From IMG/VR virus record IMGVR_UViG_3300000929_000007: a DNA stretch of 64,000 nucleotides; one strand, 5' to 3'. The notes beneath the pieces were generated by a model. The model had not been told where the DNA came from. It saw only the letters and a list, made by a program, of their open reading frames with translations, and did not search any database. A program made the position numbers and the translations under genes. The stretch's first letter is position 1. Every line of letters starts with the position of its first letter. The DNA is from an uncultured virus (IMG/VR IMGVR_UViG_3300000929_000007). Lineage: Duplodnaviria > Heunggongvirae > Uroviricota > Caudoviricetes. This document shows, in pieces, positions 37,434 to 46,656 of the stretch.

Positions 37434-40400
37434 GTGTCAGCATCGAGCATCCCATTAAAAATTAAAAATTCGAATGGTGACCTACAGGAATTCACTCCTA
37501 CGGAAGAGAACTATCTTGCGTATGCGGTGGGACAAGCACTAGCATCTTCTCCTTCAAGTGATACGGGTCAAATTACTTTGACCGGTGATATGAGTATTGG
37601 TACATTTATTGATACTTTTTTCAATGAAGCAACGGGTACGCACCCTGCTTCTCAAATCACTTCCGGTTCTACCACTACTACGTTATATCAAAATGGTGGA
37701 ACCGCGAATGAAGTAGGTGCGAACTTTGTCCGTCCAGTAGGATACTACGATACCTCAAATCCCGGCTTCTACGAAATGGTAGATGGTGATTTGAATAATC
37801 TTGCTAATCGAGTTCTAAGTAATCTTGCTCAAAATGATTACGTAGGTACTTTCAGATTAGCAGCATCTTCGCCTGGCGTAGACTATATTCAGTTTATTCC
37901 TAACGTATTCAAGGATACAAGGGGAGATGGAACCGAAACTCAATACAGTATCTATATAAGAAACAATATGACCGCAATTGCTGCGGTTCGTCCAGTTTCA
38001 ACATCATATGATGTCAGCGGTAACTTCACTGGTTTCCGAGAAATGACTGATGATCAAATCCAGTTCACTCTTGGTCAGAGAATTAAAACACTACGCGCAA
38101 CCGCAGGCAACATTGGTTCTTATCAATTGCGTTCATCTTCACAAGGTGTACCAACTGCCCCAGGCACTTGGAAGGCTGTAGGTACCGCACTAAACACTAA
38201 AAGAAATACCGCAGAAGTTTCATATGCTAGAACACGTAATAGTGCTTATACTCGTGCTCGTATTTCTTCTTATACTCGTGACCGTAACTCAACATTTAGT
38301 AGGGTTTCTACTCGCGTTAGTACTCAAGACTTCGCTGGCAACTATGTCGGCAATTATACTCGTGACTTTGCTGGCAACTATAGCCGCAACTTCGCTGGAG
38401 AATATGTTGGAGATTTCACGGGTAATTACTCTCGTGACCGTCAGTCAACTTATTCACGTGACCGCATAACTAACTTCTCTCGTACATTTACTGGCGAATA
38501 TGTATTGAACCGTCAGTCAACCTACACTCGTGTTAGGTTACAGGGATTTGTTGGTAACTTTACTGGTTACTATGCCCGCGCACGTGTGTCTACATTCGCT
38601 CGTAACCGTATTACTAATTTCACTGGTGTGTTTACACGTACTCGTCCGTCATCCTATACTCGCGGCCGTGTATCAACTTACGCAGGCACATATGCTCGTA
38701 CTCGTGTTTCCTCATATTCAGGAACATACTCGCGTAACCGTGTAAGTTCTTATGCGGGAACATACTCGCGTAACCGTGTTTCTGCTTACGCAGGCACATA
38801 TGCTCGTACACGTTCTTCTGCTTATTCTGGTGTTTATGCTCGTACACGTGTTTCTACTTACTCAGGCACATATGCTCGAGACTTTGTAGGTAACTATTCT
38901 CGTTCATTCTCTGGCCAGTATGCTGGTGCGTTTACTCGTACACGTCCTTCATCGTTCTCAGGAACATATGGTCGTACACGTGTTTCTGCTTACGCCGGAA
39001 CATATGCTCGTAACTTTGCCGGTAACTATACTCGCGGTTTTGTAGGAAACTACACCGGAGAGTTTACTCGTGCTCGTGGTTCAACGTTCTCAGGTACTTA
39101 TTCACGTAATCGTGTTTCTGCTTACGCCGGAACATATGCTCGTAACCGTGTTTCAACTTATTCTGGTGTTTATTCGAGAACTCGTACTTCAGCATACTCT
39201 GCTGATTACACAAGAACTCGTATCACTGACTATACTCGTGACCGTGTAACTAATTTCGCTGGTATTTACTCAAGAGCTCGCGTATCTGCTTATGTTCGCA
39301 ATCGTGTAACTAACTTTGCCGGTAACTTCGTCGGTAACTATGCTAGAAATTTTGTCGGAGACTATGCTAGAAATTTTGTCGGAGACTATGCTCGTGCTTT
39401 TGCTGGCGACTTCGTTGGTAACTATGCTCGTACATCTACTCGTACATCTGCTCGTACTCGTTACTCAGCTTACGCCAGAACACGCATCACTAACTATGTT
39501 GGTGACTTTACTCGCGATTCTACCATAACTTCAACACGAACTCGTTATTCAGCTTACGCCAGAACACGCATCACTAACTATATTGGTGACTTTGCTCGTG
39601 ATCGTGTAACTAACTTTGCGGGTAACTTTGTAGGTAATTATGCTACTACCTTTACTGGTGACTTCGTAGGTAACTACGCGACTACCTTTACTGGCGACTT
39701 CGTAGGTAACTACGCGACTACCTTTACTGGTGACTTCGTAGGTAATTATGCTACTACCTTTACTGGTGACTTTGTAGGTGATTATGCCCGAAACTATGTC
39801 GGCGACTATGCTGGTGACTTCGTAGGTAATTATGCCCGTACTCGCATAACTGATTATACTCGTACCCGTGGTTCTGCTTACGCACGTACTTCTACACGTA
39901 CTCGTTACTCAGCTTACGCTCGTAATGCAATTCAGACTTCAACTCGTACGCTAGCTTATACTCGTGTATTGTATTACGCAGGAAACTTTGTCGGTAACTA
40001 TCTCCGACCTGTAACATACACTGGTAACTATANNNNNNNNNNNNNNNNNNNNNNNNNNNNNNNNNNNNNNNNNNNNNNNNNNNNNNNNNNNNNNNNNNNN
40101 NNNNNNNNNNNNNNNNNNNNNNNGTAACATACACTGGTAACTATAGTCGTCCCGTAACATATACTGGTAACTATACTAGAGTTGATACATACACTCGTGC
40201 TCCCTCATTTATCGGAGACTATGTCCGTTATTCAAACCCATACAATACCATGATATCTTATATGGGTAACTATACTAGTACGACATCTTATATTGGTAAC
40301 TATAGTCGTTCAAGCGCGGCGACGGCGGCTTACTCACGCACTGCCGGAACTTATGCGCGATATCAAGGATATTGGCAGTTCTACACCCTGACTGTGTACT

Positions 40401-42508
40401 ACACGCGTGTAACAGGGTACTTCATTACTTCTTATACTCGTACATCAACAGCAACAGTTGATTATACTCGTACCCGTCTCGTATCTGCAGCAGAGTACTA
40501 TACTCGTACCCCAGTGTATACCGGTAACTATACGCGTACCGTTGATTACACACGTGCTCGTGCCGCAACAGAAACATATACACGTGATCGTGCCGCAACA
40601 TTAGATTACACACGTGCTCGTGCCGCAACATTAGATTACACACGTGCTCGTGCTGCGAATGAAGATTACACACGTGACCGCGTGACTGATTTTACTGCTA
40701 CCGGCTATTATACTCGTGTTGGATACTACGCTGGCGACTACATTGGTGACTATGCTCGTGGTTATGCTGGCGACTTCGTTGGTAACTACGCAAGAGACTT
40801 CGTCGGTAATTACGTTGGTGACTTCGTTGGTGAATATGCTCGTACATCAACACGTACATCAACACGTACTCGTCCATCAGCATACTCTCGTACACGTGTT
40901 ACTCCTTACGTGGGTGACTTTACTCGTACACGCATCACCAACTATGTTGGTGACTTNNNNNNNNNNNNNNNNNNNNNNNNNNNNNNNNNNNNNNNNNNNN
41001 NNNNNNNNNNNNNNNNNNNNNNNNNNNNNNNNNNNNNNNNNNNNNNNNNNNNNNNNNNNNNNNNNNNNNNNNNNNNNNNNTATGTTGGTGACTTTGCTCG
41101 TGATCGTGTAACTAACTTCGCAGGAAACTTCGTCGGTAACTACGCAACTACTTTCACTGGTGACTTCGTTGGCAACTATGCTCGCGGCTTTGCGGGTGAC
41201 TATGCCGGTAACTATATTGGTAACTACGCAACTACTTTCACTGGCGACTACGTTGGTAACTATGCTCGTGCCTTCGCAGGTGACTTTGCTGGTGACTTCG
41301 TTGGTGAATATACTCGTACATCTACACGTAGTCGTGTTTCTGCTTATGCCCGTACTCGTGTTTCTGCTTATGCCCGTACTCGTGGTAGCGCATACACTCG
41401 TGATCGTATAACTGACTTTGCCGGTGACTTTGCGGGTAACTACGCAAGAACATTTGCTGGCGAATATGCTCGTAACTACGCGGGTAACTTTGCCGGTAAT
41501 TACGTCGGTGACTTTGTGGGTAACTACGTCGGTAACTACGCACGTGACTTCTCTGGTCAATATACTGGAGTTTACTCTCGTGGTTTCGCTGGCGAATATG
41601 CTGGTACTTACTCACGCGGTTTCTCTGGACAATATACTGGCGTATATGCTACCTCTTATACTGGTAACTATAGTCGTGATTTCGCGAGAACTCGTGTTTC
41701 TGCTTATGCCCGTACTCGTGTTTCTGCTTATGCTGGTACTTACTCACGTAATTTTGCGGGTGAATACACTGGTGCGTATGCTACTTCTTATGTTGGTAAC
41801 TATGCTCGTGACTTCTCAAGAACTCGTGTAGAGACTTATTCCCGTACACGTCCATCGTCGTACGCTGGTACTTACTCACGTGGATTCGTTGGTGAATATA
41901 CTGGTACTTACTCACGTGGATTCTCTGGTCAATACACTGGTGTTTACTCACGCAATTTTGCGGGTGAATACGCTGGTACTTACGCAAGAACATTTGCGGG
42001 TAACTACTCACGAGACTACGCTGGTAACTATACTCGTGATTTCGCAGGCGATTTCGCAGGTAACTACGCAAGAACATTTGCTGGCGAATATGCCGGTGCG
42101 TACACAACTGAATTCGTAGGTGACTTTACTGGTAACTACGCAAGAACATTTGCGGGCAACTATATCCGTAACCGTGTTTCTGCTTACGCCGGTAACTTCA
42201 TTGGTAATTACACTCGTGGATTCTTAGGTGAATATACTCGTAACTCAACTGATACTTTCAGCCGAGTTCGAGTGTCTGCTTACTCGCGACTACGTACTTC
42301 AGCATACTCTGCTGATTACACTCGGGTTCGTACATCATCATATGCTGGCGACTTCACTGGTGACTATGCTCGTGACTTCACTGGTAATTACTCAAGAGAC
42401 TTTGCTGGTAATTACTCTCGCGCATTTGTTGGTGATTATGTTGGTACCACAATTCAATCGTCTTACTCGACAGTTGAAGCATATACTTTATATGTAAGAA
42501 CCGCATAA
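37434..42508 (+). CDS. giant tetrapeptide-repeat protein (~1,690 aa; single gene inferred across N-gaps), probable virion fibre
   Basis: Late promoters upstream; ~260-aa non-repetitive N-domain; repeats [YF]xGx, YxRx, RxSx; the frame after the 40033-40123 gap (VTYTGNYSRP...) is continuous with the 40250..42508 ORF. Confidence 0.8.
38223..42448 (+). repeat. 12-nt-period coding repeat array
   Basis: Tetrapeptide register maintained over both arms, e.g. (FVGN YATT FTGD)x4 and (YxRx RVSx YxGT)n. Confidence 0.95.
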
Positions 42509-42511
42509 TAT

Positions 42512-42540
42512 TTGACAACAGACTGATATTAGTGTATAAT
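42512..42540 (+). promoter_or_regulatory. sigma70 consensus promoter inside the late region
   Basis: TTGACA(42512)-N17-TATAAT(42535). Confidence 0.7.
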
Positions 42541-42552
42541 GGTTAATAAATT

Positions 42553-42582
42553 GGGTGGGTCAGAAATGGCCCACTTATTTTT
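42553..42582 (+). terminator. putative intrinsic terminator
   Basis: GGGTGGGTCA-GAAA-TGGCCCACTT then ATTTTT. Confidence 0.6.
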
Positions 42583-42633
42583 ATCATATATAATACTGAA
42601 TTGAATTTAATACCCCTTTTGGAGAATGAATAG

Positions 42634-43083
42634 ATGAGTTACAGAAAGTGGATGGACAATGCTTTTTGGGAAACAGACGCAAAAGATAAGTTGAACTGTA
42701 TCCTAGAAATGGAAGATGATGTTGGAAGAGTAACAAGGCAAGTAATGTTACTGAACCGTGTAGATAAAGACGGTAATCCAAATGAGTTGTTTGATGAAGT
42801 CATCGGGTCTGTAGGTGAAGATAACATTGATAAAGAAACAACTAATCGGGTAACACGCAAAAATGCCGAGCAAGAAGAAGAAAAGCAGCGCGAACTAGAA
42901 CACCAGAAGGCGCGTAAGTTAGAGAAACTCTTCAATTATAAATTAGAAGCATTTGAGGTTGATGAGATTAAAGCCTCTAAGAACCGCAAATTAAAAGGAA
43001 AGTTACGTCGTGCGAAGTCTCGTATCGAAGTAGACTTGTACTCTATTCTCATTCTACAGGAATCTCTGGAAGGGACTGAGTAA
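42634..43083 (+). CDS. hypothetical protein
   Basis: GGAG SD; 149-aa charged helical ORF, TAATG-coupled to the next gene. Confidence 0.75.
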   Translation: MSYRKWMDNAFWETDAKDKLNCILEMEDDVGRVTRQVMLLNRVDKDGNPNELFDEVIGSVGEDNIDKETTNRVTRKNAEQEEEKQRELEHQKARKLEKLFNYKLEAFEVDEIKASKNRKLKGKLRRAKSRIEVDLYSILILQESLEGTE

Positions 43084-43811
43084 TGGAGAAGACCAAAGGG
43101 TTCGTAATTGTAGCATCAAATAAACCTAACTTTTATTTGTATGCTCTTAACCTCGCAGAAAGTCTAAGAGACTTCTATGAGGATTGTAAAATCTGTCTCG
43201 TGACAGAAGAAAAATATATTGACGAACGTGGTTATGATGTTGCCGATGATGTTATTATCTGCGACAACCATTATCGTGCTAAGTTATGGGGTATGGCACG
43301 TTCGCCATATGACATAACAATGTATATTGATGCTGACATGGAATGTGAGCACGAAGACATCATCAAGGTATGGGATGAGATGAAAGACTACGATGTGGTA
43401 TTCTCTGAACTGACTGATGATCGCGACTACATTTATGCGGAACGTGATTTCTCCACACCAGAAGGTATGGCTAAATTTACTCTTTGTGGTGGGGTATGTT
43501 TGTATGATATGACTAAACCAATCGTCCGCGAATTTATGCAGGATTGGTGGGATTTAACATACAAGCAAATGAATGATACTTGGTGGCCCGAAGGTTATAT
43601 TGATTCTCTAAAGTCTTGGGATCAGTTCTCCCTCTGGTGGTTGACCGAGAAAGAAGAAAAATATAAGGATCTCAAAGTTGGTATCTTCGATGACGACTTG
43701 AGATGGAATTATTACAATGCCTTCAACTGGGCAAGAACTAAACCTGAGACAGGGCCCGTGATTTTACGTCACTTCTCTGCTGGTTTAAATAAGGACACAC
43801 CAATCGTATGA
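43083..43811 (+). CDS. GT-A fold glycosyltransferase-like protein (GT8-like)
   Basis: KGFVIVA, K.W...SPYDITMYIDAD (DxD), GGV.LY, WDQ.SL, RWN, ILRH. Confidence 0.72.
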   Translation: MEKTKGFVIVASNKPNFYLYALNLAESLRDFYEDCKICLVTEEKYIDERGYDVADDVIICDNHYRAKLWGMARSPYDITMYIDADMECEHEDIIKVWDEMKDYDVVFSELTDDRDYIYAERDFSTPEGMAKFTLCGGVCLYDMTKPIVREFMQDWWDLTYKQMNDTWWPEGYIDSLKSWDQFSLWWLTEKEEKYKDLKVGIFDDDLRWNYYNAFNWARTKPETGPVILRHFSAGLNKDTPIV

Positions 43812-44539
43812 CACAGGTAAACGACCAATATCTAAAGCATATCGACGTTAATAATCCAGAACTTCTGGAGATACTTGGGGAATATGCTAAACTTCATACT
43901 TGGGCTGGTTTTGAAAAGAACTGCCACTTGAATGGAGCAGAACATATTCGCCAGCGTAGTTACTACGTCGGCGCGCCATATATGAACGAAATTCTTGACC
44001 AGAAGACTGCTCATGAAGGGTTCCCTGACCAACTAGTAGGATATAACTTCAAGTTATCCGAACGGGCTCACNNNNNNNNNNNNNNNNNNNNNNNNNNNNN
44101 NNNNNNNNNNNNNNNNNNNNNNNNNNNNNNNNNNNNNNNNNNNNNNNNNNNNNNNNNNNNNNNNNNNNNNNNNNNNNNNNNNNNNNNNNNNCATAACGCA
44201 TTGTGCGCAGTATACCCGCCAGGCGGATATATCTCTTGGCACAATAATGCTAACGCTCCGGGCTTCAACCTAATCTTCTCTTATTCTGGAGATGGTTCTG
44301 GTTACTTTGATTACATTCATCCTGAAACTAAGGAAGTTGTTCGTTGCCAAGACAAGCCCGGCGTGTGGACTTGTAAAGCCGCATACTTCGGACACTACCG
44401 TGAACCAGAAACCCTTCTTTATCACGCAGCTGCTGCCGATACTGACTGGCGTTGTACAGTATCTTATGTATTTGATACTACTGATGGTTCAGATGCTCTA
44501 CGTGATCTAGTATTGGAAGACATTGCGTCTGCTGAATAA
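43808..44539 (+). CDS. 2OG-Fe(II) oxygenase/cupin-like protein (N-gap inside)
   Basis: YPPGGYISWHNN, distal LYHAA, RCTVSY. Confidence 0.6.
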   Translation: MTQVNDQYLKHIDVNNPELLEILGEYAKLHTWAGFEKNCHLNGAEHIRQRSYYVGAPYMNEILDQKTAHEGFPDQLVGYNFKLSERAHXXXXXXXXXXXXXXXXXXXXXXXXXXXXXXXXXXXXXXXXHNALCAVYPPGGYISWHNNANAPGFNLIFSYSGDGSGYFDYIHPETKEVVRCQDKPGVWTCKAAYFGHYREPETLLYHAAAADTDWRCTVSYVFDTTDGSDALRDLVLEDIASAE

Positions 44540-44559
44540 AATATGATTTGCTAATTCTT

Positions 44560-44618
44560 AAGGCCTCAGATTGTTATAAATAGTACTAGATAATTTTACT
44601 AATACAATCTGAGGTTTT
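44560..44618 (+). promoter_or_regulatory. late promoter nested in an RBS-sequestering hairpin
   Basis: CCTCAGATTGT(44564-74)/ACAATCTGAGG(44604-14) around TATAAATA(44575-82); GAGG is 8 nt before ATG 44623. Confidence 0.7.
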
Positions 44619-44622
44619 AGGG

Positions 44623-44979
44623 ATGGCAGCTTACGAAGATTTTACAATAGACCAAGGCACAGATATTGCTTTTCAGATAGAGCTTACTGAAGCTGATGGT
44701 TCTGTGAAAGATTTAAGTGCTTATACTGTATCCGCCAAAATGAAGCGGAACTTCAACAGTAAAGACGAAGACACTATCGAGTTCTCTGCGATGGTCGCTG
44801 ACCCGTCATCCGACGGTATCCTAGTATTATCCCTCACAAATGAGCAGACTGATGCCCTATCTACCCGTGGTAGGTACGTGTATGATGTCGAAATAACCTA
44901 TATCGATGCGAACGGATATCCCGTAGTAGAGCGTATTTTAGAGGGGAAAATTAAAGTATCTCCTTCGGTAACAAGGTAA
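44623..44979 (+). CDS. small virion structural protein (BppU-like beta-sandwich)
   Basis: IDQGTD, DLS.Y...A.M.R, G...LSLT..QT.AL, GRYVYDVEI, RILEG.I.VSP.VT. Confidence 0.7.
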   Translation: MAAYEDFTIDQGTDIAFQIELTEADGSVKDLSAYTVSAKMKRNFNSKDEDTIEFSAMVADPSSDGILVLSLTNEQTDALSTRGRYVYDVEITYIDANGYPVVERILEGKIKVSPSVTR

Positions 44980-44985
44980 ACATAC

Positions 44986-45261
44986 ATGCCTATTCGCAAA
45001 GTTTCTATATCTAATGGCGGCACAACTCATATTAATACGAGTGCCTCCACTAGTTCTGGTACTCAAGTTAAAAGAGTTACTTTAGGTAGACCTGTACAGA
45101 GAGTCACTGCTACTGGAAGTAGTATCGGTGGACTTTCTGACATTAATTTTGAATCTCCACATCCAGAGGATGGAGATGTTCTAGTGTACCACGGCACTGA
45201 TGAAAAGTGGCACGCTCAAAAACTTTTAGACAAACAAGTGATCAATGGGGGTCAATACTAA
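44986..45261 (+). CDS. small putative structural protein
   Basis: IGGLSDI....PEDGDVLVY...KW, ends INGGQY. Confidence 0.6.
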   Translation: MPIRKVSISNGGTTHINTSASTSSGTQVKRVTLGRPVQRVTATGSSIGGLSDINFESPHPEDGDVLVYHGTDEKWHAQKLLDKQVINGGQY

Positions 45262-46572
45262 ATGGCGTCAATAATAAGAATTAAACGTTCCGGTGTAGCG
45301 GGGAATCCATCTGTCCTCGCACAGGGTGAACTCGCCTATTCATATCTAGCAAATAATGGGGCGAATGGTGGTGATCGATTATATATTGGCACTGGCACAG
45401 AAACAAACGAAGATGCGGTCAACCATACCGTCATAGGTGGTGCGTATTACGTCAACCTATTACACGGTGAAGGTGCTGCGCAGTATGGTAGTAACTTACC
45501 TAACAAAGCGCTCATCGTCGACTCAGACGGTGCGGTAGACTTTTTAAAGGTAGGAACCCCAACTGATCCCAGTCATGTAACAAACAAAGCATACGTTGAC
45601 GGGATACTATCTGCGCAAGAGTTGGGGTCTAACTTCTTATTCTCTGGTGACAGTGGTTCTGGTAGTATTTTCCTAGCAACCGAAGCAATCACCTTTGCCG
45701 GTGGTCGTGGTATTACTACCCTTGCGGACTCAGATGCTAACTCGTTAACAGTTAGTCTGGTACCCACTGGAGTTACTGCGGGAGACTACGGTTCTCAGAC
45801 TGAAATCCCAACCTTTACTGTTGATTCAGACGGTCGTATTACTGCGGCTAGTACTGTAAATATTGGTACTAACCTAACAGTAAATGGCGACAGTATTTCT
45901 CTGTTGGATTCAGACCTAACGTTTAGTGGTTCTGATAACGTCAATGTAGCATATGACACAGCAACAAACACTGTCAATGTTTCACTAGAACCTAATGTTC
46001 TTGACCTCAATTCAATAGAAGTTGGTAACCTAAAACTAACAGGTAACACACTATCTTCTACTGATAGTTCCAACACCCTATACATTGACCCTGCTCCGAC
46101 AGATTCGGACGGTGGTACATTAGTAATCCGTGGTGACCTTGTTGTTCAAGGTACCCAGACAATAATTAACTCGACAGTAATGTCGGTTAATGACCTTACA
46201 CTTACTCTTGCTGATGAAGCATCCACCCCAGCAGAAGCTGATGGTGCTGGTATCTTTATTGCGGGTGCTGATGTATCAATAGTATACAACGCATCCAAAG
46301 ACCAGATAGATATCGACAAAGGACTTAATGTTCTTGCTCCACTATCTATTAATGATGTAGAGATCGGTGAATTCATCGATGATAAAGTTGCTAACCTCTT
46401 AACTGCTGGCGAAGGTATTGATCTAACATATTCCGATGAAACCAATGAATTAATCATTGCTGCGGAATTAGCAACAAACTCTAATGCGGGTGTCGCATCT
46501 TTCGACTCTGCCCAGTTTGCGTTAAACGCAGGCGCGGTAACCATTACGCATTTAGACGGTGGAACTTATTGA
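45262..46572 (+). CDS. tail/fibre structural protein
   Basis: IRIKRS...P..LAQGELAYS N-terminus, GVTAG.YGS...IP.FTVD..GRIT.A, I.GDL.VQGT.T. Confidence 0.7.
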   Translation: MASIIRIKRSGVAGNPSVLAQGELAYSYLANNGANGGDRLYIGTGTETNEDAVNHTVIGGAYYVNLLHGEGAAQYGSNLPNKALIVDSDGAVDFLKVGTPTDPSHVTNKAYVDGILSAQELGSNFLFSGDSGSGSIFLATEAITFAGGRGITTLADSDANSLTVSLVPTGVTAGDYGSQTEIPTFTVDSDGRITAASTVNIGTNLTVNGDSISLLDSDLTFSGSDNVNVAYDTATNTVNVSLEPNVLDLNSIEVGNLKLTGNTLSSTDSSNTLYIDPAPTDSDGGTLVIRGDLVVQGTQTIINSTVMSVNDLTLTLADEASTPAEADGAGIFIAGADVSIVYNASKDQIDIDKGLNVLAPLSINDVEIGEFIDDKVANLLTAGEGIDLTYSDETNELIIAAELATNSNAGVASFDSAQFALNAGAVTITHLDGGTY

Positions 46573-46580
46573 TATAAATA
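46573..46580 (+). promoter_or_regulatory. T4-type late promoter
   Basis: TATAAATA. Confidence 0.7.
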
Positions 46581-46656
46581 AGCATTAAGTAGATCATATA
46601 TTTTATGGTTTTAGCTAGTCGCCTTATATAAGGTCGAGTGAAAGAGGAAGCCAACA

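Noticed and set aside
39620..39780. 36-nt direct repeats resembling a CRISPR array
   Set aside because: Repeats are contiguous with no unique spacers and encode in-frame FVGNYATTFTGD units; no cas genes in window
40033..40250. Apparent split or frameshift of the repeat gene into 37434..40127 and 40250..42508
   Set aside because: The frame change coincides with an N-gap of estimated length; the same VTYTGNY repeat flanks both sides and the post-gap frame is open into the second ORF
38223..42448. Possibility that the arm symmetry is a DNA inverted repeat or invertible segment
   Set aside because: Paired units are not reverse complements (RVSA cgtgtttctgct vs FAGE tttgctggcgaa); the symmetry exists only at protein level
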